In this document: one piece after another, positions 30,539 through 41,689 of the stretch
Position numbering within the stretch: the stretch's first letter is position 1
Layout: each line of letters opens with the position of its first letter
IMG/VR virus record: IMGVR_UViG_3300017700_000931
Span: 288,001 to 352,000 of that record
Length of the DNA: 64,000 nt
DNA from: a virus
Lineage: Duplodnaviria > Caudoviricetes
Direction: 5' to 3' (one strand)
Position numbers and translations under genes: made by a program
Notes under the pieces: generated by a model
The model's database searches: none
Told to the model about the DNA's origin: nothing
The model's input: the letters and a program-made list of their open reading frames with translations, nothing else

Positions 30539-32263
30539 ATGAGCAAAGAAAAATTAATTACGTTGTTTAAACAATGCTGTGATAACAACAAACATATCAA
30601 AGTTAAAGCATTGGTTGAAAACCCTAATTCTCAATTCGATTTCAAATCAGAGGGAATACAAATGTCGCATGAACAGTTAACTGTTCTAAATAAGTCTGGT
30701 TTTGAAGATTTTAAATTTAATGAGGGTATTTCACCAGATGGTTCCCGTGGGCGAGTATTTAAATTCGATTCTGAACCGCCATTAGCATTTTTTAGTGCAA
30801 GTATTACTTGTCATACTAAAATCAAAAGAATTTTTTCATCCTTCGGACCAATAATTAAATTTCCATTATTTAAGGAAGAATACAAAACAATTACAACTTA
30901 TCGTAAAAATTTTTGGGGTAAGGAAGTTAAAAGAGAACGTAAGGAACCAGTACAATTCTTTGCAAGAAAAGTTAATATGCCTACATTCCCAACTGGATAT
31001 AATTTACGACAAATTTCATATGACGAGTCAGATTATTTGGTATTTGGGCATATAGATACTAATAAAAATACCAAAGCACATTTTTGGGCTCAAGATAATC
31101 TTAAAAAGTATAGAAATTCTGTAAAATATTCAGGGATTCATTATAATCATAATGACGTTGGTGAAATGCATGTTTTTGAAAACGATAATTTGCTTCATGA
31201 GAAAATATGTAATAAAGCATTTTATATTAAAGGTGGTATTTTATCGTTCGGTGAAGTTTGGGCATGGCTTACATTTGAAGAACATGCTGAACTTGAAAAA
31301 TATTATTTAGAATCACTTGTGAAACTACATAAGGATATTCTTGATACTCGAATTGAAGAAACTAAGTAATGAAGATTGAATCTCAGGAAAAGATATCGAA
31401 AGACGATAGAGCCATTTACATTCAAATATGCTTTAATATTTGGGGTGGGGTTCCGGTTGACTATGATTGGGCAACTAAAACAAATTTTTACATTAAATCA
31501 CTAGAGGATTTTAAACAAAAATAATTATGTGGTTATTCTGGACAATTTATTTAAGTGGATATATCTGTTCCTATTTATTAGGTCGATATGATTATAGAAA
31601 ATCTAATAGGCAATGGACTGTTGGTAACAGAAAGGGTGTTTTAATTTTCTGTATATTTTCATGGATTGCATTCATTGCAATATTCATTGGTCTTGAAAAC
31701 AATAAACCAGCTAAGTGGTAATTTTAAAATAATATAATATGTCAATAAATAATTTTCCACCTTTTTATACTGGACAAAAAATTGTTTGTGTTGCACCCGA
31801 TGGAGATTGGTATGATTCCAATGATAACGTAGTAGCTGGACCCAAAAATAAAGAGGTTGTCACTTGTGTTGGATGTTATTTCAAACAAGATTATGGTTGG
31901 GCTGTAAATCTATTGGAGTATCCGGCCATTGACCCTAATGATTATTTTGATATTATCTGGAAAGAAAAAAACATGCTTTTGTTTGTGCCAGTTCAAAACC
32001 AAAAATTGAAATTAGTTTCATTTAGTAAAGTAGTTGAAGAAGCAGAAATTTGTGTTAACTAAGTTATGAAAAATACGTTTACAGTCGAAGAAATAAGAAA
32101 TTATATCCTAGCACAGGATAGTCTTGGTGATGTATTACATTTTTTAAACGCTGATAATATTATCAAAGCAAATAAAGCGTCTGATAAATGTATTTGCGAT
32201 GACCCATGTGAACACGAAGGAAAGTGTTTAGAATGTGGTGAAAAAATTGAGGAGGAAGAATAA
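30539..32263 (+). CDS. Hypothetical genes (30539-31369, 31527-31721 membrane, 31739-32062, 32066-32263 Zn-binding)
   Basis: Co-oriented ORFs to the end of the plus block. Confidence 0.6.
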
Positions 32264-32290
32264 AAAAAGCACTCGTTTGAGTGCTTTATA
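32262..32290. terminator. Bidirectional terminator at the convergent strand switch
   Basis: AAAGCACTC-GTTT-GAGTGCTTT with A/T runs on both sides. Confidence 0.8.
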
Positions 32291-32295
32291 ATATT

Positions 32296-32700
32296 TTAAC
32301 TTTTACCTTGTCTACCAACTGTTTTCCTAATCTCACTTGAAGTATTCATAAGGATTGTAGCAATTTTTGTTAGCTCACTATCATCAAATTGATACGGACT
32401 ACCATTATCATTAACCTCTCTATTAAGCTTTTTACGGAATAGAGACCTATTAGTGGCATCATCTTCAGTATCACCCCAAAGTTTTCTGATTATCTCTGAG
32501 TGATTGAATATGTCATTAGATAACAGGGCTTGAATTTTTTGATACTGAGACCCACTGTCTTTCACAGGTTCCTTAGTTTCTTTTTTCTTCTTTTCCTTAC
32601 CTATTGCCTCTAATAAGCAGCTTTTAATGAATTCTTTCATGATTTTACGTATATTACTATAAATATACCATAACTTAGTAAAATTACCCAGCAAAACCAT
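32296..32700 (-). CDS. Hypothetical protein
   Basis: ORF from track (true start probably MKEF). Confidence 0.6.
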   Translation of the reverse strand: MVLLGNFTKLWYIYSNIRKIMKEFIKSCLLEAIGKEKKKKETKEPVKDSGSQYQKIQALLSNDIFNHSEIIRKLWGDTEDDATNRSLFRKKLNREVNDNGSPYQFDDSELTKIATILMNTSSEIRKTVGRQGKS

Positions 32701-32729
32701 TGAAAATTACCATAAAATAGATTTAGTGC

Positions 32730-33487
32730 TTAACTTTGGCTGAACTGACCTATCCAATTAAACATACGCTCAATCTTCTCCAATGAGCTATATGCAATCA
32801 AATCGTAAGACCCCAATATTGGGTCCTTGGTTTTCTCTATTTCAATCCGGCACTTCTGAAGGGACCAATCTTTAACTAAAACTAAAGCGGTCCTATGTTT
32901 AAGAGCAAATATTTCCATAACTTCAACAATCACCTTAGCTAATTCAAGGTGTGTTTGATGGTATATATCGATAAAAAGATTATAACTATGATAATGCTCG
33001 TGATTTTTTGAACTACCAACGATATATGGCGGAGCATTAACTAATTTATCGAAATCAAAAGAATATGTTTTATCCAGATAGTGTTGTGCAATATTTGAAA
33101 TTCCTTTATTCATGATTACGGATAATGAAACATTTTCATGAAGTCCATGATATCATAAACTTTATTAAGATGGTTACTTACATTTGGTATGTAATTTTGC
33201 ATTGTTGGTGAACTGTGATTTCTCATCACTTTTCTTACTATCCACGCAGTAATGATATTTAAAGTTCTATAATAAGCCAAATCGAATATTTCCAGAACAT
33301 CAATAATAACATTCTTTAAATCAACAGGAGGATGTTTTATGAATGGACTTGGTGATGCATTACTAGAATTCTTATTTATTAATAAATGTGACATATTAAC
33401 GTCTGTTGGATGAAGTAAGAAATCAACATTTACATAGTATGAACTATCTAAATATTTAAATACGCTATCGGTGGTTCTATCAATCAC
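32730..33487 (-). CDS. Two members of a YL..xY paralog family (32730-33113, 33116-33487)
   Basis: YLD..Y..D ... VI.(E/D)V.EIF.L....L.(L/I)...W. Confidence 0.65.
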
Positions 33488-33885
33488 TACCCCAAATCAT
33501 CAAGACTAAAGACGATACCTTCACAAAATTCTTCACCATCTTCCATTATTATAAATTTAGAATGAGGAATTTCAGTACGAATTTCCCAACTGATGTTCCT
33601 ACCTTTTGGCCCAAATACTCCTTCAACTAGCTTTCCGGCTGATTTTCTTTTGATAAAACATGGACAATCCTCATTATGACAATCATTACCAATGATACCC
33701 TTAGCATCAAAATAAACCTCAGTACCAAATTCATCATCAATGGCACCACGCATAATCATTAAATCATCTGAGGCTCCATGAACAACAACTAAGTTATTTT
33801 CCTTAGCAATCAATGCTTGCTCGTCATTCATTTCATTACCATATTCGTTTCCATTAAGTAATGATGCTAATAATTCTTTATTCAT
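33487..33885 (-). CDS. Conserved phage hypothetical protein
   Basis: LVVVHGASDDL..RGAI.DE..W...T.IPH..F.I.EDGE.FCEGIVF. Confidence 0.7.
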   Translation of the reverse strand: MNKELLASLLNGNEYGNEMNDEQALIAKENNLVVVHGASDDLMIMRGAIDDEFGTEVYFDAKGIIGNDCHNEDCPCFIKRKSAGKLVEGVFGPKGRNISWEIRTEIPHSKFIIMEDGEEFCEGIVFSLDDLG

Positions 33886-33887
33886 AA

Positions 33888-34805
33888 TTAATTTATTTCA
33901 GATTCATTAAATTTATACACATTGTTGACATCACGGACCACCCTAAGTTTAACCATATTAACCAAGCTATCAACAACACTCTTTATTACTTCTTGGTCAG
34001 CATTCATAAGAAGCGCACTACCAGTTCTCTCGTAAATCTGATATTGTATATCAGCTACTTTATTATCCAAGCTAACAACCGATTCATCAATCCATTTATC
34101 GTATAGTATACCAGCATGGCCAACTGAAATGTTAAACACTTCTTGAATGTCATTGAATACCTCACTAAAAGATATCTTACCTTTTGAGTATTTTGAGTTT
34201 TTAACCACTACTTGATAGTGAGCTAAAGATTCATAATCTATCTGATAGGTGTTTTTCAAATAAGATAATATTATTTTATTCATTGATTGGTCCATGATTA
34301 ATTATAATCATTTACCTAAATAATGTAAATATTAAAAATTATCGTCATTTATAAATGAATAACAATCCCCAAATACTATCGGTGGAAATAATAATTCAGA
34401 AGTTGATAAAACACCTTTTGACCACCAATTACCGTCTGAATCTTCGTATTCTATGATTTTGTTATCAGAGTCTAATTTAACACTAAAATAAACCCCACCG
34501 GATGTTTTTAATTCGGTACACCTTCCTTTTTTGTTAAATGTTTTGGTCCACCAAACACCTGTTATTTTATTCTTACAATAGATTTGTTGGCCAGCACCAT
34601 TAAAAGCATATTCATAATCATCACTAGCTAATTTTAATATAGCTTCAATCGCAGCAGCTTTATCTTTAAAACCATAACGTTTATGACGTGAATGATATCT
34701 ACGATTTTGAGAATAATCATTGGTTTGAATATAATATTTTATATTGCCGGATAAGGCAATATACTTAACATCACCAAATTCATCAGAAAAATAAAAAGAG
34801 GCCAT
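33888..34805 (-). CDS. YL..xY family member (33888-34295) and hypothetical (34332-34805)
   Basis: IILSYLKNTY..IQEVFNIS..ILYDKW. Confidence 0.6.
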
Positions 34806-35698
34806 TATTTCTCAAGCATCCAACGAAGATTTTTACTCTTAGATTTCTCAATAATGATTCTAAGACCATTATCTTTTATTTGTCTAGCCCTTTCACGAGA
34901 AATTTTAAGTCTATCAGCTATCTGTCTTAGGTCCTGTGGTTCTTCACCATCTAACCCGAAGAATCTCATGATGACATACTTTTGCATGTCCTTCGTTAAT
35001 AAACCAATCAATGCATCAGCATTGAATTTTTCATCAGCTTTATTGGTATATGAATCAGATGAAGCAAATGTATCTGATTCAATAGTATCAATCAATGTAG
35101 ATTCACCATCATCACCAAAAGGTTTGTCTAATGATGATGTGTTAGTCGTTTCCAAGGCTAAGAAAAATTCAATATCTTTTTCACTGAATTTACCTTCAAC
35201 TACCTCCGGCAAAAGCATGATATCTTCTAAGTCGGCAGCACGTTCCAATTTTTGTTCCAATAGGGCAACAATTTCGCCAAGCTTAGTGATATTAGCCGCT
35301 TGATTGCTTGGGATTCTTATTGTTCGTGAGTGTTTTGTTAAGTATTCGAAAATACTTCTTCTAATCCACCAAACAGCATAAGAAATGAATTTAAATCCTT
35401 GGTGTGGGTCGAATCTTTTTGCTGCTTCTACCATACCTAAATTTCCCTCGTTTACTAAGTCTTCTAGGCTGATTGTATTATTAGCATATTGCTTAGCAAC
35501 ACTAATAACGAAACGAAGATTTGCTGTTACCAATTGGGTACGAGCGTCTTCATCTCCGGCATAAGCCTTAAGAGCAATTTCATATTCTTGGTCTGGAGTT
35601 AATCGGTCAATATTATCTACCTCTTGTAGATACTTTTTGAATGATTCTGTTTCTCTTTTTGTAATTCTTTCTGTAATAACTAGTGCTCTCATTGCCAT
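34805..35698 (-). CDS. rpoD: Sigma70 factor, Bacteroidota RpoD-like
   Basis: YLQEV; ANLRFVISVAKQY; DLVNEGNLG; GFKFISYAVWWIR; region 4 RERARQI; lacks region 1.1 like Bacteroidota primary sigma. Confidence 0.9.
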   Translation of the reverse strand: MAMRALVITERITKRETESFKKYLQEVDNIDRLTPDQEYEIALKAYAGDEDARTQLVTANLRFVISVAKQYANNTISLEDLVNEGNLGMVEAAKRFDPHQGFKFISYAVWWIRRSIFEYLTKHSRTIRIPSNQAANITKLGEIVALLEQKLERAADLEDIMLLPEVVEGKFSEKDIEFFLALETTNTSSLDKPFGDDGESTLIDTIESDTFASSDSYTNKADEKFNADALIGLLTKDMQKYVIMRFFGLDGEEPQDLRQIADRLKISRERARQIKDNGLRIIIEKSKSKNLRWMLEK

Positions 35699-35724
35699 TT
35701 TACAATTTTGTTTGAGGGTGAATA

Positions 35725-36168
35725 CTATTTCAATTTTCTTTGTGTTTCACGTTCAATATCTTTACGTTTGATATCTTCACGTTTGTCATGTAATTTTTTA
35801 CCTTGTGCCAATGCTATTTCTAACTTAACCAAACCATTATTTGCCATGACTAATGCAACTGGTATTATGGTAATTCCTTTGGTGGTTACTGCCTTCAAAA
35901 GAGTTTTAATTTCTTTTTTCTTCAACAACAATTTCCTTTCCCTTAGTGGGTCATGATTTTGGTGTGTACCACTTTCTTTGTATTCGGCGATATGCATTCC
36001 TTTTACGTAGAGTTCTTCATCTTTAAAATAACAGTGGGCATGTGTTATATTCACGTTGCTCCTACGTATTGATTTTATTTCCGAACCTAGTAACATTATA
36101 CCAGCAGTAAAGGTTTCTAAAAACTTATACTCGAATGATGCTTTTCTATTTTTAGTTAACAATTTCAT
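35725..36168 (-). CDS. smpB: SsrA-binding protein SmpB
   Basis: NRKASFEY; GIMLLGSEIKSIR; RERKLLLKKKEI; GKKLHDKRE. Confidence 0.95.
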   Translation of the reverse strand: MKLLTKNRKASFEYKFLETFTAGIMLLGSEIKSIRRSNVNITHAHCYFKDEELYVKGMHIAEYKESGTHQNHDPLRERKLLLKKKEIKTLLKAVTTKGITIIPVALVMANNGLVKLEIALAQGKKLHDKREDIKRKDIERETQRKLK

Positions 36169-36767
36169 CCTTTAATGCTCCTTTAATTTGTTCAATTTTT
36201 TCATAATAACAAAACCTTAATTGCAACCACAATAAATGTGGATTAACACTACTTCTGTGAACAGAATCTATATGATAAGTCTTAGCCCCAACATAAACTA
36301 TTCCACCAGAGTCCATATGTCTTATTAATTCATCATTTAAGGCTGCATCAAATAAAATCGAACATTTTACTGTTGGTGAATTTTGATTAGCATTAAATAG
36401 TTCTCTAAAACCCATTATAATGTTATCTAACTTTAAAACTAAAAATGTTACCATTTCAACTTATTTCGTTTATTAATGCTTCCTTAATTTGTTCAAAAGT
36501 TTCACAATAAATTTTCTCTAAACCAAGTCTATACTTCATCCCATTATCAACGTAATCCCCATGATAATATGTTTTAAGATTAACCACATGAAATGCTGAA
36601 CCAAGCAAATATACTGTCCCTCCAATCAAGTTATGCAAAAAAATATAATTAAACTCATTATCTTCTTTTACATAACAAAAATATGCTGGACCAAATGTGT
36701 TTACAACTGCAATTTCATTCAAATTATGTGGTTTAGATAAGTCGACATAGTCATCTAAAAAAACCAT
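36152..36767 (-). CDS. Tandem paralogous hypothetical pair (36152-36454, 36456-36767)
   Basis: Shared GG.VY....H and E..EQIK.AL..EI. Confidence 0.6.
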
Positions 36768-36772
36768 AATGA

Positions 36773-37231
36773 TTAATCATCTAAACCTTTTTCAATATCA
36801 TCAAGCTCCATTTCTTTCCTTCGTTCAGGAGAAATCAATTTATTCAATTTGGTTTCGTATTCATCCAATTCTTTTTTCTTGTCAGCAATTTTAATCTTGA
36901 AGATTCTAGTCTTGAAATCTTCAATCCATGAGCTAACCGGATATCCCATCCATTCAAACTTAGATTCAACACCTAATTCCTTACATGCTCTTTCATGAGC
37001 ATCGGCATTTAGCATTAAGAATGCTGTCGCTTTTACAATTCTATCTACATCACTTACTGTATGTAGATTCATTCTGTTACCTACTGAATTTTCATCATAA
37101 CCAAACGTACAATTGGTTAACCAATTAGGTCTTTCTGCTTTCGCAATCTCTGCTTTTTTTATTTGAACCTTATCAAATAATTTCTGGATTCTTTCATCCG
37201 CTGTTGGTGATTTTTCTTTTGCCATTGCCAT
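36773..37231 (-). CDS. Hypothetical coiled-coil protein
   Basis: 152-aa ORF. Confidence 0.65.
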   Translation of the reverse strand: MAMAKEKSPTADERIQKLFDKVQIKKAEIAKAERPNWLTNCTFGYDENSVGNRMNLHTVSDVDRIVKATAFLMLNADAHERACKELGVESKFEWMGYPVSSWIEDFKTRIFKIKIADKKKELDEYETKLNKLISPERRKEMELDDIEKGLDD

Positions 37232-37244
37232 CTTACTTTTTTGT

Positions 37245-38423
37245 TTATTGTTCTACTATTATTAATTCTTTTTCTCCTTCCAATTGTAATGACAATTGTT
37301 TAAAAGTCAATGAATCTAGCTCATGTTGTGCATAAATTTTATCAGTAAATTCTTTTGTACTTGGAACCATGTTAGGTCCATTTTTATAACTAAAATCGTA
37401 CAACGGAATAAGAATATATCCTTTAACATAATTTCTATGGCCATAAGAATACCCATAATTGTTTCTTACTGGGATTATACCATAAATCGTATGTGTTTTA
37501 TCATCATTTTCTAAAGCCACAATGAATTTATTGTAGTCATCTGTTGATAATTTTGGTTTAATAATATTGGCAATAACTCCGATTGGGCTATGGCCGTTGG
37601 TAGATGCCATTAGCTTATCTATCAATTCAGCAAAATTATCAACAGGTGAAGTACCAGTTTTTTTTGCCAAATGAGTAAAACCACTTTCTGACACAAATTT
37701 ATTATTTTTTACATTCCAAAAAATATGTTTCTTAGCAACATTTAATGTTCTGGCGTATATGTAGTCACGGCTTCCCACATGTGTTGATTTAAAACGATGA
37801 TATTTAGTTGTTCGTTCATACCAATGGTATCTACCAATATAAATAACTTCTTCTTCTTTTTTTGTTAAATAGGTATGACCTACTTCCATTTCCTTAGCAG
37901 ATATTTTTTTAACCTGTAAATTAGTGAAATTATTTGATGCTCTATATTCAAAACAATCAACCGGAAGTAGAATTAAATCCTTACCTTCCCACGAATAAAC
38001 AAACTCACCCTCAAGACCCTTACCTTTAATCGCTGAAGTGTGTTGTAGAATAAATAATAAATTAGCTACACTAATTTCAAATTCAAATCCTCTTGGGTCA
38101 TAGACTCTGATGTACTCATTACGAGCATTCCAGCCCCAACTCTCACGTTGACCACCAACACCTTTATTTAAAACGAACCCTTCAGTAGGTACATTATCAA
38201 ATGCCCTTGGTGCAACATTTTCACCATAAACTTCATTTGATTTATTATCCCAATAACGTTTTTTCTCACCAACTTTATGTCGCCAAGATTCCCATGATGC
38301 TTCCTTACGAAGCTTACCTTTGTCATCCCAATAGATAACATAACCTAATAATCCGTTATAGGTGTCAGCTCTTTCATTAAAGCCAACATTAATTCGTTTC
38401 GGTATGTATAGTTGTTGCTTCAT
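37245..38423 (-). CDS. Conserved phage protein, tandem paralog A
   Basis: YIPKR.N.G..R.DTY.G.L.Y.IYWDDKGKLRKE.SW..DNVPTEGFVLN..DPRGFE.EI. Confidence 0.8.
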   Translation of the reverse strand: MKQQLYIPKRINVGFNERADTYNGLLGYVIYWDDKGKLRKEASWESWRHKVGEKKRYWDNKSNEVYGENVAPRAFDNVPTEGFVLNKGVGGQRESWGWNARNEYIRVYDPRGFEFEISVANLLFILQHTSAIKGKGLEGEFVYSWEGKDLILLPVDCFEYRASNNFTNLQVKKISAKEMEVGHTYLTKKEEEVIYIGRYHWYERTTKYHRFKSTHVGSRDYIYARTLNVAKKHIFWNVKNNKFVSESGFTHLAKKTGTSPVDNFAELIDKLMASTNGHSPIGVIANIIKPKLSTDDYNKFIVALENDDKTHTIYGIIPVRNNYGYSYGHRNYVKGYILIPLYDFSYKNGPNMVPSTKEFTDKIYAQHELDSLTFKQLSLQLEGEKELIIVEQ

Positions 38424-38425
38424 AA

Positions 38426-39643
38426 TTAAAAACCAAATTCATTAAATGGAACCATTTTACCACTTTCCAATTCAACAATTAAATCAAAAAATTCCATAGC
38501 TTTTATTTCTTCAATAGTATAATATTTTGGTTTTTTATTCCTAGAATCATACACATATTTAGAAATTAATCTACCATCCTTTAAACTAATTTTATCATTT
38601 CCTGTACTTAAGCTATAACCTTTAAATGTATTTTCTTTTGAGTTATAACTCCAATCCCATTCTTCGGATATACTAAATTTTACAAAATTACCATTTTCAA
38701 TCCTATAATATTCAGTATTGTTATCCCTATCATACATAGTATCCCTACTTACTGGTTCAAGGATTTCATGTAATTGCTTTGGTACTAAATGTAATTGCTT
38801 TGGAGCACTACCTTTTTCTGATTGATAAAATTCTTCCAATAAATCAGCATAATCATCAGCTGGTGTGTCTGTATTACGAACAGAAATTTTAGTGAAACCC
38901 TTATGCGTAATATATTTGTCATAAGTGTTATGGGTTATATATTCTTGTGCATCGTAATATGCTTCCTCTTCTTCATCAGTTTCAAAAACTGGGTCCGGTT
39001 GTGGTTCAACATAATTAAGATTTTTAAAAATATGAACTTTATTGATTGATGTTTGATAAGAATAAACATTATCAAGCATACAACTCTCAGTACCATAAAA
39101 ATCGAACCTACCAAGATAAAGTAATTTATCCATATCTTTGGTCGTATAGGTACAACCGGGTACCATATCTGATTTACCAACCTTAGTACTTTGTAAAGTA
39201 GTATAGTTTTTTGAATCTTGATATTCCTTAGATTTAACTGGCATTAAAATTAATGCAGTTCCGGCCCAACCATAAACAAATTCACCCTCAAGACCTTTAC
39301 CAACAATTGAATTGGTTTCTTGCAGAATGAATAATAAATTTTCCATTGTGATTTCTATTTCGAAACCCCTTGGGTCAAACACTCTCACTTTTTCAATCCT
39401 AGCATCCCAACCATAACTTTGTCTAACACCACCTACTGGTCGATTTAAAACAAATCCTTCGGTAGGAACATTATCATACTCGTTGGTACCAAGTTCTTCT
39501 TCAATCCAACCTCTCCAAGAATTTTCTTTTCTGAGTTTTCCTTTGTCATCCCAATAAATGATATATGCTAGTTTACCTGAATAGGTATCACCACGCTTGT
39601 TATAGCCACAGTTTAAACGTTTAGGGATGTAAATTTTGTCCAT
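38426..39643 (-). CDS. Conserved phage protein, tandem paralog B
   Basis: Same N-terminal ~190 aa as paralog A, divergent C-terminus. Confidence 0.8.
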   Translation of the reverse strand: MDKIYIPKRLNCGYNKRGDTYSGKLAYIIYWDDKGKLRKENSWRGWIEEELGTNEYDNVPTEGFVLNRPVGGVRQSYGWDARIEKVRVFDPRGFEIEITMENLLFILQETNSIVGKGLEGEFVYGWAGTALILMPVKSKEYQDSKNYTTLQSTKVGKSDMVPGCTYTTKDMDKLLYLGRFDFYGTESCMLDNVYSYQTSINKVHIFKNLNYVEPQPDPVFETDEEEEAYYDAQEYITHNTYDKYITHKGFTKISVRNTDTPADDYADLLEEFYQSEKGSAPKQLHLVPKQLHEILEPVSRDTMYDRDNNTEYYRIENGNFVKFSISEEWDWSYNSKENTFKGYSLSTGNDKISLKDGRLISKYVYDSRNKKPKYYTIEEIKAMEFFDLIVELESGKMVPFNEFGF

Positions 39644-39673
39644 GATTTTATTGGGTATTTAATGCAAAAGTAC

Positions 39674-40443
39674 TTAATTAATTTTGATTTTACCAGCATT
39701 TCTGATTAATTCTTCACTTTTAATATTTACTAGATTGATTTTCCAATCATTATAAATTGCTCTGATAAATTTTTCTGAATACTTATCTTCAAATTTCTTC
39801 ACCATATCCGTAATTTGAAATAAATTACCATCCTTATCTATAACTTCCCAATTGGTTAATCCAAGTCTAACTCGATAGCGAGATAAATATACTTGCAATT
39901 CATTAGTCATCTCTTTAACTTTTTTGTTAAACCAATCGTTACAAATATCTGTAGTATTGGTGTTAAAGACATCTGATGTTTCAGAAATTAAAGTAAAAAC
40001 GCCACTGAGTTCACCACGGCCATACTTATCCTTTATAACAACAGTGTTGGTAAATTCAATATCATAATTTTTCGTTATGAATCTTCTTATTATTGCTTTA
40101 TCATCCATTATTCAAAAAAATTACTTAGTTCATCAAAATGTTTTTCCGAGGCAAAATATTCCTTACTACCGAAGTATAATTTATATTCATCAAATCTTGT
40201 TTTAAAATGAATTGTAATACAATCAACAGTATTATTTATGCTTAGTATTTCTTTTACCTTAGCAGTCCTAAAACTATATCCATATTGATTAATACAAACC
40301 ATTTCTAAACGAAGCCCAACCTTAATCATATCATGAACACATCTAAACTTCTTTGGTCCAGATTTAAGCCATAATATTTCTTTTGAGGATACATAAATAT
40401 TTTCCTCTTTTTTAGCTAATTGCCAAGTAACATCAGTATCCAT
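39674..40443 (-). CDS. YL..xY family member (39674-40108) and hypothetical (40108-40443)
   Basis: IIRRFITKNY..SDVFN..ICNDWF. Confidence 0.55.
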
Positions 40444-41238
40444 CTATTGAATAACATTATAAAATTGGTTAATATTCACTGTAATAAAATCAGTTTCTCC
40501 ATAGTACTCCGCATTCGATGTATGGAAGTGACCATAAAACCATTTTTTTATTTTATTCTTCTGAACTAAGATATCATACATAGTAGCAATATCTTCACGT
40601 TCAATATTCAAATCATTTTTCAATGTTGAATCACCTTCAACAACAAAGTGTTCAACTAACATTCCATGGCTACCAAAATGATTATTGAAATCATTAATTG
40701 GTGAAACATATTTTGGACATGAATGGGTTACTACGTATGTGATGTCTTCTAAATCTTTCAATTTATCCACATCCAATTTAAAAATCTCATCATACCAATA
40801 ACTTGGTTGGTCAATACCTTTTACTGAATTAGCCAACATATCATTTTTACGTTGTTTTCTATCAATAGAAACAGCACCACCAACCATCAATATCTTATCA
40901 CCATTTACATCAATAACTGAGTAATCCGGCATTAAGTGTAAATGACTATAGTTATGTTCACCAGTAAAATAATTTGGGTCATCGTGATTACCCCTAATTA
41001 CATACAAGTGTGAATTAAAACTAGCCAGTGTATCATTCAATCTTCTCAATTCAAGCAGCTCCGTGTGATGATTCTTTTCAAAACCAACACCAAAATCACC
41101 GACATGTAATAAAATAAAATTACTTAACTTCAAAGACTTAATTCTATGTGAAATAAATCTATGATTTCCGTGCGTGTCACCAATAACAATAAATCCTTTT
41201 TGTAATTCTTCAACTACTTTATTTATTTCTTCTTCCAT
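40444..41238 (-). CDS. Calcineurin-like metallophosphoesterase
   Basis: GDTHGN, GDFG, RGNHDD, THS, GHFH. Confidence 0.9.
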   Translation of the reverse strand: MEEEINKVVEELQKGFIVIGDTHGNHRFISHRIKSLKLSNFILLHVGDFGVGFEKNHHTELLELRRLNDTLASFNSHLYVIRGNHDDPNYFTGEHNYSHLHLMPDYSVIDVNGDKILMVGGAVSIDRKQRKNDMLANSVKGIDQPSYWYDEIFKLDVDKLKDLEDITYVVTHSCPKYVSPINDFNNHFGSHGMLVEHFVVEGDSTLKNDLNIEREDIATMYDILVQKNKIKKWFYGHFHTSNAEYYGETDFITVNINQFYNVIQ

Positions 41239-41689
41239 GCAATCTTCCAGTTAAATAACACCCAAAAAATAAATTGAATTGGTATAAATACAAACCAAAT
41301 CCACTCATGTTTTAAATGGGTTCCAGAAAATTTAAGTACTAAATACATAATAACTGGTATAACCCAAATATTAATAGTACTAATTGCTTTTAAGTTTCTA
41401 AATCTTTTTTCTAGTATCATAAACCAATCAACAAATATTTTGATGCTTTATTAAGAGTTTTTATTTCTGATAAATGATAAATACCATCTGGGCATCTAAC
41501 ATGACTATCATACCACTTACCCCAAAATTTATCAGTCCCAGTTAAAACATCATCAAATACAACGGGACCAATTTTTTTATTATATTTGGTTGATAACAAA
41601 TAATCACCCTCACTTATTATTTCACCAGTACTAACTAATTTAATTTGTTTAATACCAGTTTTATCACTTTTGTATATCTCGTACATCAT
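41223..41689 (-). CDS. Small membrane protein (41223-41420) and hypothetical (41417-41689)
   Basis: Overlapping stop/start. Confidence 0.55.

Noticed and set aside
34854-35303. Long antisense ORFs (also 10811-11245, 49938-50354, 11675-11959, 61431-61760 and others)
   Set aside because: Shadow frames of well-supported genes, with no promoter or motif support.
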